A DNA stretch of 64,000 nt from a virus (IMGVR_UViG_3300040801_001158:9359-73358), one strand, 5' to 3'; shown: positions 1 through 8,695, counted from the stretch's first letter. Notes: a model not told the origin generated them from the sequence alone. A program made the numbers and translations.

Positions 1-12
1 AAGGAATAAATA

Positions 13-270
13 ATGAATAAAATAAATTATGTAATATATGGTACATTAAACTGCGGATACTGTATCCGTGCAAAAGAATTACTCGAAAGCCAAAATGTTG
101 AGTATACATATGTTGATATAAACGAGATATCACAAGATAATAAAGAAGCTTTAATGGAAATTGCAGGTCAGAGATTTGAAACTGTACCTCAAATTTTTCA
201 ACGCACTAATGAAGGATTATCTTATGTTGGTGGTTATACTCATTTAGAAATTAGGATAAACGGCTTATGA
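13..270 (+). CDS. nrdC: Glutaredoxin (NrdC-like)
   Basis: CGYC active site, TVPQIF and VGGY glutaredoxin motifs. Confidence 0.9.
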   Translation: MNKINYVIYGTLNCGYCIRAKELLESQNVEYTYVDINEISQDNKEALMEIAGQRFETVPQIFQRTNEGLSYVGGYTHLEIRINGL

Positions 271-521
271 AACCATTAAAGAATTATGTGCTTGTAACTG
301 AAGTAGCAAGAGATAAGAAAACATCAGCAGGTGGTATTATATTAACTACAGAAGTTCAAGATGGTTCGGCACCTGGATTGGTTTTAGAAGTTGGCCCTGA
401 AGTTAGCGACATGACACAAGGAAATAGTGTCGCACTTGACTGGGCAAAAGGATTACCTGTGATTGTTGATGGCGTTAAATGCGTTTTAGTATCTGATGAA
501 TTTATTCGTGGTGTTTATTAA
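267..521 (+). CDS. groES: GroES-like co-chaperonin
   Basis: MKPLKNYVLV...TSAGGIIL mobile loop, GLVLEVGPEV, typical Cpn10 size. Confidence 0.85.
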   Translation: MKPLKNYVLVTEVARDKKTSAGGIILTTEVQDGSAPGLVLEVGPEVSDMTQGNSVALDWAKGLPVIVDGVKCVLVSDEFIRGVY

Positions 522-530
522 AAATAATTG

Positions 531-559
531 TTGACATGTGAACGGTATTGTTATATAAT
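531..559 (+). promoter_or_regulatory. Sigma70-type early promoter
   Basis: TTGACA(531-536)-17 nt-TATAAT(554-559), followed by the leader ATCTATAAATTGAAATAAGGAAT. Confidence 0.85.
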
Positions 560-590
560 AGATCTATAAATTGAAATAAGGAATTAAATT

Positions 591-836
591 ATGAGAAGAA
601 TTTCGTCTGTTTTTACTAAAACAAATACACTATTATTTGCAGTTTCTTTATGTATTTTATCTTATGGGTTCTATACACGCTTTACCGTGGGGTCAGCATC
701 TTTTGCGTTAGTGGCATGTGCAATCATATCATATTTTTATATATTGTTTTTTATAAAAGGTTCAATAGATGAAATTATCTACAAAAAACGCAACAAAGAA
801 AGAAAAACAAAGAAATTTCGTAGCGAAACATTCTAG
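591..836 (+). CDS. Small membrane protein
   Basis: Two hydrophobic segments; strong RBS directly after a promoter. Confidence 0.6.
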   Translation: MRRISSVFTKTNTLLFAVSLCILSYGFYTRFTVGSASFALVACAIISYFYILFFIKGSIDEIIYKKRNKERKTKKFRSETF

Positions 837-909
837 GAAATTTAACAGAGCAGTAACAATGATTGATCGTAAAAGGGAATCGAAAAAGAACGGTTCCTAT
901 TACGACTAA
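769..909 (+). CDS. Small basic protein (46 aa; not in ORF track)
   Basis: MKLSTKNATKKEKQRNFVAKHSRKFNRAVTMIDRKRESKKNGSYYD; AAAAGG RBS at 755-760; VAKH.RKFN...DRK motif as I recall it from small T4-like phage proteins. Confidence 0.6.
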   Translation: MKLSTKNATKKEKQRNFVAKHSRKFNRAVTMIDRKRESKKNGSYYD

Positions 910-919
910 AGGAGTATGA

Positions 920-1495
920 ATGTCTCTAACACTGAAAGAACAAACCAAAGAACAGCATAATAATATTGAAGGTTCTGAATTTGCCGAAATATTATTAGGT
1001 GGAAGAATCTCTCCTGCCCTATACCATGCTTATTTAAGTGCACAATATGAATGTTATAAAGCATTAGAAAATATAGTTGGGTTACCGGAAGATTTACAAT
1101 CAATATTTAGAGCTCCACTCATCATGGAAGATATGATAGAACTTGAGCGCCAATATGAATTGGATGAAATAGAAACAACGTTAAAAACAGTTAAACATTA
1201 TATTAGTTATATTAACGGGTTAGCATATTGTGGTGAAAAAGATAGGATTCTTGCTCATTTGTATGTGCGCCATTTTGGTGATTTACATGGAGGTCAAGTT
1301 ATTAAGAGAAGAGTTCCTGGATCTGGGCTCATGTATGAATTTGTAAATAGAAAAGGACTCATTATAGAAGTACGTAAATTATTAAATAATGAAATGGGTG
1401 ACGAAGCAAAAACATGTTTTAGAATGGTTGAAGATATCTTTGACGAATTAATCGAAGGTTTTGATGAAGCCCAATATGAAGTAGACGATTTATAA
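920..1495 (+). CDS. hemO: Heme oxygenase
   Basis: LKEQTKEQHNNIE (proximal His) and HLYVRHFGDLHGGQVI (distal helix) motifs. Confidence 0.9.
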   Translation: MSLTLKEQTKEQHNNIEGSEFAEILLGGRISPALYHAYLSAQYECYKALENIVGLPEDLQSIFRAPLIMEDMIELERQYELDEIETTLKTVKHYISYINGLAYCGEKDRILAHLYVRHFGDLHGGQVIKRRVPGSGLMYEFVNRKGLIIEVRKLLNNEMGDEAKTCFRMVEDIFDELIEGFDEAQYEVDDL

Positions 1496-1499
1496 AGAA

Positions 1500-1590
1500 C
1501 CCTCCTTAGGACCGTTAAGTTAACGGCTGTGGGTTGGTCCGCCGATGCCATCTCTAAGGATTCGCTACCCTAAAAGTAAAAATCGGCAAT
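1500..1590 (+). ncRNA. Candidate structured RNA / cis-regulatory element
   Basis: GC-rich intergenic island; stems 1503-1509/1554-1560, 1512-1517/1521-1526, and pseudoknot-like 1541-1546/1582-1587. Confidence 0.45.
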
Positions 1591-1606
1591 TTATTAAGAG
1601 GTACAT

Positions 1607-2281
1607 ATGAGTAACCCTTTATGGGATAAACTAGACGACTTTGTAATGTCTCTTACTGAAGAGTTCAATAACTATTTAGAAGAATATCATAATGAAAAAC
1701 ATATCCAAAACTTTGATGGTTGGATAGATACTTTTTGGCACAGTGATAACATACGCAAGTGCCATCTGAAAACGATTAACGATGGTAGGATGTGGTTATT
1801 GCATATCAACATATTCCCAAAAGATGGTGTTAATTTACCTATTCTTGGATTTGATATAGTTGCATCTAAATCTAAAATCAGTGGATCATTCTTTGATTTC
1901 TCTCCAGTATTTAAAGATTCCAATCATCATTTATCTTTGATGTTTAAAACAGCCACAAAAGATCTTGTTTGGAATAAACCTAGAGAACTGCCTGAATGGG
2001 CACAAGCAATATTCTCAGATGATATGGTTGCTGCTGGTTCTATTAAAGAAGATGAAGAACTTACACAGTTAATGAGCATATCGTCTAGTCTTATTAAAGT
2101 GTACTTAATGTCTTGTAACGATAAAAGATTAGTTACCAACAAGTCTACATTACCTGCTATTAACAAATATTGCAAATGTCAAAAGATGAATAAACATTTA
2201 CATAGGTCTATACTCGCAATGGGTATACCTGAAAAAGAAAAAGACTATTATATTAATAATATACTATTCGAGGAAATATGA
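1607..2281 (+). CDS. pcyX: Ferredoxin-dependent bilin reductase (PcyX/PcyA-like)
   Basis: LLHINIFP...LPILGFDIVA...FFDFSPV and PRELPEWAQAIFS motifs; adjacent to heme oxygenase. Subfamily assignment is inferred. Confidence 0.8.
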   Translation: MSNPLWDKLDDFVMSLTEEFNNYLEEYHNEKHIQNFDGWIDTFWHSDNIRKCHLKTINDGRMWLLHINIFPKDGVNLPILGFDIVASKSKISGSFFDFSPVFKDSNHHLSLMFKTATKDLVWNKPRELPEWAQAIFSDDMVAAGSIKEDEELTQLMSISSSLIKVYLMSCNDKRLVTNKSTLPAINKYCKCQKMNKHLHRSILAMGIPEKEKDYYINNILFEEI

Positions 2282-2284
2282 TGT

Positions 2285-2458
2285 ATGATATTGAAAAAGC
2301 GTGCTATGAAAAACAATGGATTTTGTAGAGGTTGTGATATATCGTTAGAAAAAGGTGATGAAGTCATATATACATATTCTCTGCGTAATAGAGGACAGCG
2401 TATATTCTTTTATATGGAGTGCGCAAATAAAATATCGGAATTGGCAAATAACCATTGA
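2285..2458 (+). CDS. Small hypothetical protein (57 aa, CxxC)
   Basis: MILKKRAMKNNGFCRGCDISLEKGDEV...; open frame fills the gap after the bilin reductase. Confidence 0.4.
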   Translation: MILKKRAMKNNGFCRGCDISLEKGDEVIYTYSLRNRGQRIFFYMECANKISELANNH

Positions 2459-2483
2459 CATACATATCTACATGTTATATAAT
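2455..2483 (+). promoter_or_regulatory. Sigma70-type early promoter
   Basis: TTGACA-17-TATAAT. Confidence 0.85.
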
Positions 2484-2516
2484 AGCATCTACAAATTGAA
2501 TTAGAGGAATTAAATT

Positions 2517-2720
2517 ATGACACTCTCACTACAAGTCGCACTAACGCTCATCGTATTATTTATCTTTCTAAGGTTTATGATTAGATCATGGTTTATTGAT
2601 GAAAGCTCAAACTTTTCTATAGAAACATATAAAAAAGTCACTACCTGGTTTGGCTTTTACATAGCGTTAATGATCATTAGTATAATTGTGGCCGCAATTG
2701 ATTTAATTTGGTTTAATTAA
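2517..2720 (+). CDS. Small membrane protein
   Basis: Two TM segments, GAGG RBS. Confidence 0.65.
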   Translation: MTLSLQVALTLIVLFIFLRFMIRSWFIDESSNFSIETYKKVTTWFGFYIALMIISIIVAAIDLIWFN

Positions 2721-2729
2721 AAATATCCA

Positions 2730-2758
2730 TTGACATAACCTCAAAAATATGATATAAT
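2730..2758 (+). promoter_or_regulatory. Sigma70-type promoter upstream of gp33
   Basis: TTGACA-17-TATAAT. Confidence 0.85.
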
Positions 2759-2790
2759 GGTCCTTACAACAACAAAAAGTAGGAGGTATT

Positions 2791-3030
2791 ATGTCGGTAG
2801 TCACTTTGACTCCAGAAAAAATACACAAAGATATATCTTATATGATTACAAGTGGTATCCCATACATTGATGCTCTTGTGGAATATTCTGAAAAGAATAA
2901 TTTAGAAATTGAAGTAGTAGCAAGCGTTGTAAAAAAGAACTCGGTGCTACGTGAAAAAGTAAAAAGTGAAGCTATCAAATTGAGAATGGTGAATAGCGAT
3001 GATATCGACATCACAGAATTTAGTAAATGA
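2791..3030 (+). CDS. gp33: Late promoter transcription co-activator
   Basis: YIDALVEYSEKNNLEIEVVASVV...LREKVKSEA pattern; T4 33-59-32 synteny. Confidence 0.85.
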   Translation: MSVVTLTPEKIHKDISYMITSGIPYIDALVEYSEKNNLEIEVVASVVKKNSVLREKVKSEAIKLRMVNSDDIDITEFSK

Positions 3031-3601
3031 AAAAGCATTCAACGCGTATGTAAAATATCTTGCAATGAAGAGACACTTTACGACAAAAGGTTATGATTAT
3101 CAAAAATATCATGGCAAAGTTAAGGCCAACTTTGAAACATTTCGCACTCGCAATGATGCTTACTTTTTTGCTAAACTTGCCAAGAAAGATGATTATGAAA
3201 ATCTACTATTGGCGAACATGGTACAAAAACCAGAAATATGGATACGTGAAATTGTTGATGATGTTGGGTATCAAATCTATATAGAATGGATACGCAAGAT
3301 TGAATCATTAGGATATATTTTTAAATCGGAGCTTAATGAACTCAAGGATGATTATAAAGAAAACTTTATGTCCTACAATGGTCAACATCCGTATATTGCG
3401 ACACTATACATGCAAAGGAAAATATCTTTGGAAACATTTACAATTTTATCTCATTCGGCAAATATATTTGCATATTGGGAAGAAAAAGTAGTTGATAAAA
3501 TTATATTTTATGATATAATAACTAAGAGCAAAAAATACAAACCCTTCTTGGTTTACGACCAAGTACGATTTAAACAAATCATTAAAGATAAGTTTTTTTA
3601 A
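2999..3601 (+). CDS. gp59: Helicase loader
   Basis: AYVKYLAMKRHFT..YDYQKYHGKV..FETFRTRND.YFF motif; synteny. Confidence 0.9.
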   Translation: MISTSQNLVNEKAFNAYVKYLAMKRHFTTKGYDYQKYHGKVKANFETFRTRNDAYFFAKLAKKDDYENLLLANMVQKPEIWIREIVDDVGYQIYIEWIRKIESLGYIFKSELNELKDDYKENFMSYNGQHPYIATLYMQRKISLETFTILSHSANIFAYWEEKVVDKIIFYDIITKSKKYKPFLVYDQVRFKQIIKDKFF

Positions 3602-3638
3602 ATAATTTCATATTTTTTACTTAGTCTAGTTTTCCGGT

Positions 3639-3646
3639 TATAAATA
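3639..3646 (+). promoter_or_regulatory. T4-type late promoter
   Basis: TATAAATA upstream of the gp32 leader. Confidence 0.7.
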
Positions 3647-3731
3647 AATAGTCGGTAACGACAATATACTAAGAAATACGAAGTTATACAATATTACTAT
3701 ATAAACTGCTATATATTCAGGAGAATACTAT

Positions 3732-4649
3732 ATGTCATTTGACGCCCTAAAAAAGAACCGCTCTAAATCACTCGACAAGCTTAATTCACAGCTTGAAAAA
3801 ATAACTCAAAAGTCATACGCCGATCCTAATGAAGGAAAGATGTGGAAACCTACCCGTGATAAAGCTGGTAATGGTTTTGCTATCATTCGTTTCTTACCTG
3901 CATGTGAAGGTGAAGAAATTCCATTCATTCGTTTATGGGATCATGGATTCCAAGGACCAACCGGTTTGTGGTATATTGAGAATTCACTAACGACCTTAAA
4001 TAAAGACGACCCAGTGTCGGAGTTCAACAGTAAGCTATGGAATTCTGGCATTGAATCGGATAAAGAACAAGCACGTAAACAAAAACGTCGCCTTAAGTAT
4101 GTTGCTAACATTATGGTTATTAAAGATCCTGCTAATCCTGATAATGAAGGTAAAATATTCATGTATCAGTTCGGTAAGAAAATCTTTGATAAACTAAATG
4201 ATTTAATGAATCCTCAGTTTGAAGATGAAACTCCAGTAAATCCATTTGATTTTTGGGCTGGTGCAAATTTCAGATTAAAGATTCGCAAATTTGAAGGTTA
4301 TCCTAACTATGACAAGTCTGAATTTGATGCACCATCTGAATTATCTGATGATGACTCTGAGTTGGAAGCAATTTGGAAAAAACAACATAAACTCCAAGAT
4401 TTGCTTGATCCTAAAAACTTCAAGACATATTCTGATTTAAAAACCAAGCTATATCGTGTACTTGCTCTTGATGAAAAAAATTCTGCTGATTATTCTGTTA
4501 CTGCTGAACAAGAATCCGACGAATTAGATTTAAGTGGTATTGCATCAGAACCTGAAGCAAAAACTGCTAAGCCAGACGTTGGCAGTTCAACAACTGATGA
4601 CGAAGATGATGATCTTGCAATGTTTAAGGAATTAGCAAGTAAAGGCTAA
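3732..4649 (+). CDS. gp32: Single-stranded DNA binding protein
   Basis: WKPTRDKAGNGFAIIRFLP, WYIENSLTT, FGKKIFDK, acidic C-tail. Confidence 0.97.
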   Translation: MSFDALKKNRSKSLDKLNSQLEKITQKSYADPNEGKMWKPTRDKAGNGFAIIRFLPACEGEEIPFIRLWDHGFQGPTGLWYIENSLTTLNKDDPVSEFNSKLWNSGIESDKEQARKQKRRLKYVANIMVIKDPANPDNEGKIFMYQFGKKIFDKLNDLMNPQFEDETPVNPFDFWAGANFRLKIRKFEGYPNYDKSEFDAPSELSDDDSELEAIWKKQHKLQDLLDPKNFKTYSDLKTKLYRVLALDEKNSADYSVTAEQESDELDLSGIASEPEAKTAKPDVGSSTTDDEDDDLAMFKELASKG

Positions 4650-4661
4650 TAGGAGATATTC

Positions 4662-4946
4662 ATGAAATCGACTGAAAAAGTCCTTGACTTTGATTTCGGG
4701 TTCAGTGCTATCTCTGAAGATGAATTAGAAAGTGTTCAGGTTGCCCAAAAACAATCTGAACAACTTTCATCTCAACTTCAGGAGGTTGATAATAAAGCCA
4801 ATCTTCTATTTGAAGCAATGATACCTCTAATCAAAAATCTCAAAGCGAATCCAGAAAAAGACTATATTTACTGGCCAAATCGCGTAGAAAAGCTTGATGA
4901 ATTCCTCAAAAAGCTTAAGCAAATTAAAAATGGAGATCCTTCGTAA
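4662..4946 (+). CDS. Conserved hypothetical T4-like protein
   Basis: FDFGFSA..E.EL and NPEKDYIYWPNR motifs; GGAG RBS. Confidence 0.7.
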   Translation: MKSTEKVLDFDFGFSAISEDELESVQVAQKQSEQLSSQLQEVDNKANLLFEAMIPLIKNLKANPEKDYIYWPNRVEKLDEFLKKLKQIKNGDPS

Positions 4947-5855
4947 ATGAGTAGTCTTTTAGATAAAATGTTAAAATCCGGCTCAATCAAACAAGCAGGT
5001 GTTGTAAATAAATCTGCATTCTTTGATGAAAAGGTACCAATTCAAACGGAGTTGCCTATTGTAAATATTGCATTTAGTGGTTCTTTAAATGGTGGATTAA
5101 TCCCAGGTCTTACTGTTGTAGCAGGTGCATCAAAAAGCTTCAAAACTTTACTATGTCTATATTGTATGAAAGCCTATCTTGAAAAATACAAAGATGGCAT
5201 TGCTTTATTATATGATTCAGAATTTGGTATTACACCAGATTATTTAGAAAGTTTTGATATTGATACGTCACGAGTATTGCATATTCCAATCGAAGATGTT
5301 GAGCAACTAAAATTTGATATTTCTAAACGTTTAGAAGAAGTTGGGAAAAACGATAAAGTATTCATTATGATTGATTCTATCGGTAACCTTGCTTCTAAAA
5401 AAGAAGTTGAAGATGCAATGAATGAAAAGTCAGTTGCCGATATGTCACGCGCTAAACAACTCAAATCGTTATTCCGTATCATAACTCCTAAACTAACAAC
5501 GAGAAATATTCCATGTTTGGCTGTAAATCACATCTATGCCGAGATTGGACTCTTTCCTAGGAATATCGTCTCTGGTGGGTGTGTTGTTGAAGGTACAGAA
5601 ATCCAAACACCGGATGGTCTAGTTGAAATACAGAACATTAAGGAAGGCGATGTAATCACAACAAACTATGGTACAAACACAGTTAGTCATATTTGGAATC
5701 CTGATACGTTAGAAGAAGGTAACCCTGAATGTTTCGAAGTTATGTTTGAAGATGGCCATAAAGTAGTTTGTTCCGCCGAGCATAAATTCTTAATTGGTGG
5801 AAAGTGGATATCAGCGGAAAATCTATCTGTTGGAATGGAATGTCAAACAGTATAA
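4947..5855 (+). CDS. uvsX: UvsX recombinase N-fragment fused to split-intein IntN
   Basis: RecA fold (GASKSFKT Walker A, DSIGNL, VNHIY); after SGG an intein N-part begins (CVVEGTEI, 5580; CSAEHKF block B) and ends at a stop. Confidence 0.93.
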   Translation: MSSLLDKMLKSGSIKQAGVVNKSAFFDEKVPIQTELPIVNIAFSGSLNGGLIPGLTVVAGASKSFKTLLCLYCMKAYLEKYKDGIALLYDSEFGITPDYLESFDIDTSRVLHIPIEDVEQLKFDISKRLEEVGKNDKVFIMIDSIGNLASKKEVEDAMNEKSVADMSRAKQLKSLFRIITPKLTTRNIPCLAVNHIYAEIGLFPRNIVSGGCVVEGTEIQTPDGLVEIQNIKEGDVITTNYGTNTVSHIWNPDTLEEGNPECFEVMFEDGHKVVCSAEHKFLIGGKWISAENLSVGMECQTV

Positions 5856-5866
5856 TTTGTCATTTT

Positions 5867-5909
5867 TATAAATAATAGTATCTATGGTTATCATACTTAA
5901 GGTACTATT
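5867..5909 (+). promoter_or_regulatory. Late promoter plus RBS-sequestering hairpin
   Basis: TATAAATA 5867-5874; stem 5874-5883/5900-5909 covers AAGGT. Confidence 0.65.
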
Positions 5910-6599
5910 ATGAAATATAAAATAATGATAAAGACTCACTCTAAAACGAAATTAAAATACTTATGTGTAACTCATAATGAAGATTATGAAAAATATAAGG
6001 GAAGCGGTTTATATTGGAAGAATCATTTAAAAATACATGGATCTGAATATATTGATACTGAATTACTATATGAAACCGAATGTAAGGAAGAATTGAGAAA
6101 TAAAGGATTATATTATTCTTCCTTATATGATGTTGTTGAAAGTAGTGAGTGGGCAAATCTGATACCAGAAACTGGCTATGATTACGATGGTATTACTAGG
6201 GATGGGTGGTTCGGCTGGTATAATTCTTTATCTGATGCTGAAATAAAACAAAGAAACTTAAATATTTCAGCTAAAGTTAGAGAAAGATATGCTAACGAAG
6301 ATCCCGAAAAAATATCTAAAGAGCAACGAAATAGAAGATTAAATATGTCACCGGAAGCAAAAGAAAGAAGAAAGAAGAAAATTCAGGAGGTTTGGGCCAC
6401 TGGTAAACATGATCATTTATTTGAACGTTATTCTAAAGAAAGACAAGGCTCTAACAACCCAGGCGCAGTTTCCGTAACAATAGAAGGTGTCGCTTATGGC
6501 AGTATTAAAGAAGCGTGTGATGATTTAGGATTAACTAGATCCATGATTAATACGAGATTAAATTCAACATCAGAAAGATGGAAAGAGTGGGTGAAATAA
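5910..6599 (+). mobile_element. Free-standing GIY-YIG-like homing endonuclease between split-intein halves
   Basis: KYLCVT...YKGSGLYWKNHLKIHG degenerate GIY-YIG; C-terminal NUMOD1/HTH-like YGSIKEACDDLGL. Confidence 0.75.
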
Positions 6600-6764
6600 A
6601 TGATAAACTTTGATTCTTTAACCGAAACAACTAAAGAAAGCTATTATATGAAAGCGGAGGATATGATTAATAATGGATTGACATCAGACACTTTTATTGA
6701 TATAATAGCGTTAGCTAAAAAGCTATATGTAAATGACATAAGGAAACAAAATGAAAATAGTTAG
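6600..6764 (+). CDS. Small hypothetical protein inside the uvsX insertion (54 aa)
   Basis: MINFDSLTETTKESYYMKAEDMINNG...; ATG abuts the nuclease stop and the ORF overlaps the IntC start. Confidence 0.55.
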   Translation: MINFDSLTETTKESYYMKAEDMINNGLTSDTFIDIIALAKKLYVNDIRKQNENS

Positions 6765-7293
6765 TGTAAAACCGGTTGGCAGAAACCCGGTATATGATTT
6801 ATCAATTGCTACTGAAAATTATGATGAGCAGCATTACGTACTTAAAAACGGAGTGGTAACGCATAACACTGGAATTTACTATTCCGCAAATCAAATCTTC
6901 ATTATCAGTAAAGCCCAGGAAAAAGAAGGTACTGATTTGGCAGGTTGGAAATTTACTATTAATATTGAAAAGTCAAGATTCGTTCGTGAAAAAGCAAAAT
7001 TACCTTTCACTGTGTTATATGATTCAGGTATTCAAAAATGGTCTGCATTATTCGATTTAGCAATAGAATCTGGTCATATAGCAAAAGGTTCAACAATGGG
7101 TTGGTATAATGTCGTGAACCGCGAAACCGGTGAATTAATTGAGCCTAAACGTCGTGCCAAAGATTTAGGTGCTGATGAAGAATTTTTTGAAGGTCTTGTT
7201 AAAGATGCAGACTTTAATAAATTCATTGAGCGTAAATATAAATTGACAATACCTGGAAAAATTGAAGATGATGGAAACGACGATATTATCTAA
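6751..7293 (+). CDS. uvsX: Split-intein IntC fused to UvsX C-fragment
   Basis: MKIVSVK..VYDLSI...NGVVTHN (6751-6867), then TGIYYSA matching the UvsX continuation SGG-TG..YSA. Confidence 0.93.
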   Translation: MKIVSVKPVGRNPVYDLSIATENYDEQHYVLKNGVVTHNTGIYYSANQIFIISKAQEKEGTDLAGWKFTINIEKSRFVREKAKLPFTVLYDSGIQKWSALFDLAIESGHIAKGSTMGWYNVVNRETGELIEPKRRAKDLGADEEFFEGLVKDADFNKFIERKYKLTIPGKIEDDGNDDII

Positions 7294-8692
7294 TCTTGTC
7301 TATAATAAGGAATATTATGCAAAGGTATTCCCATTTATTAAAGATGAGTATTTTGAAAACAATTCCCACCGCAAAGTGTTTGATACATACGCGGACTATG
7401 TAATACAGTACAAATCGCCTCCTTCATTGGAGGCTTTAAAACTATCTTTGGAGAAAAGAACTGACTTAAATGAATCATTGTATTCTGAAGTCATGGATGC
7501 TGTAAGTCAGTTGAAGGTAGATAAAGATACAAACACTCAATTTTTATTTAACGAAACTGAAAAGTTCTGCCAAGATAAAGACTTATATAATTCAATAAGA
7601 AAAGCAATTACCATTCTTAATTCTGAATCTACCGACGATGGGAGTACAGAAGGTAAAGGTTCAATACCCAAGATGCTACAAGATTCTTTAGGAATTAGCT
7701 TTGATAGCAGTGTTGGGCATGATTATCTTGAAGAATTTGAAAGCCGATATGATTTCTATCATAAGAAAGAAGAGCGCATTCCTTTTGATATTGACTTGCT
7801 TAATACAATCACCAAGGGTGGTCTACCTCGCAAATCAATGACAGTCCTATTGGCTACCACAGGCGGAGGAAAAAGTTTACTTAAATGCCACATGGCAGCG
7901 AATCATATGATGTACGGAAAAAATGTTCTGTATATTACAATGGAGATGGCTGAAGAACGTATTGCTGAACGTATTGATGCAAATATGATGGATATTACAA
8001 TTGACCAAGTAAAAGAAATTCCACGCGATGTATATGAAAAGCGTATTAACAGATATAAGAGTAAGACGACTGGTAAGTTAGTTATTAAAGAATATCCTAC
8101 AGGTTCTGCCCACTCAGGTCATTTTCGCCATCTATTAAACGAACTAAAAATGAAGAAAAACTTTACACCAGATATAGTATTTGTTGATTATTTGAACATA
8201 TGTTCGTCTGCTCGAGTTCGTGGTGCAGCTGCAGCAAATTCATATACGTTAGTTAAGTCAATTGCCGAAGAAATCCGTGGCCTTGCAATGGAGTTTAATT
8301 GCGCAGTTGTTACATCATCTCAATTCAATAGAGATGGTTATGGAAACAGCGACGTAGATTTGACGAATACGTCTGAGTCAATGGGCATTACTCATACCGC
8401 CGATTGTATATTAGGTTTGATTACGTCTGAAGACCTTGACGATCGTGGGCAGCTTATGATTAAACAATTGAAAAATCGTTGGGGTGACTTAGCACATTAT
8501 CGAAGATTTCTAGTAGGAATTGATAGAGCAAAAATGAAAATTTATAATCTCGAAGAATCTGCCCAAACAAATATGATGGATGGTGGAAACAAACAACCAA
8601 AAGATGACGGTCCTGCTTTTGATAAAGGTGCATTTGGTTCAAGAATGGGTGGTAAAAAAACAGGACAGTTTAAAACCGACGGTCTTTTATAA
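7262..8692 (+). CDS. gp41: Replicative DNA helicase
   Basis: LATTGGGKS Walker A, YITMEMAE, IKEYPTG, VDYLNI, QLKNR. Confidence 0.97.
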   Translation: MKMMETTILSNLVYNKEYYAKVFPFIKDEYFENNSHRKVFDTYADYVIQYKSPPSLEALKLSLEKRTDLNESLYSEVMDAVSQLKVDKDTNTQFLFNETEKFCQDKDLYNSIRKAITILNSESTDDGSTEGKGSIPKMLQDSLGISFDSSVGHDYLEEFESRYDFYHKKEERIPFDIDLLNTITKGGLPRKSMTVLLATTGGGKSLLKCHMAANHMMYGKNVLYITMEMAEERIAERIDANMMDITIDQVKEIPRDVYEKRINRYKSKTTGKLVIKEYPTGSAHSGHFRHLLNELKMKKNFTPDIVFVDYLNICSSARVRGAAAANSYTLVKSIAEEIRGLAMEFNCAVVTSSQFNRDGYGNSDVDLTNTSESMGITHTADCILGLITSEDLDDRGQLMIKQLKNRWGDLAHYRRFLVGIDRAKMKIYNLEESAQTNMMDGGNKQPKDDGPAFDKGAFGSRMGGKKTGQFKTDGLL

Positions 8693-8695
8693 ATA
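8688..8695 (+). promoter_or_regulatory. T4-type late promoter
   Basis: TATAAATA. Confidence 0.7.
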
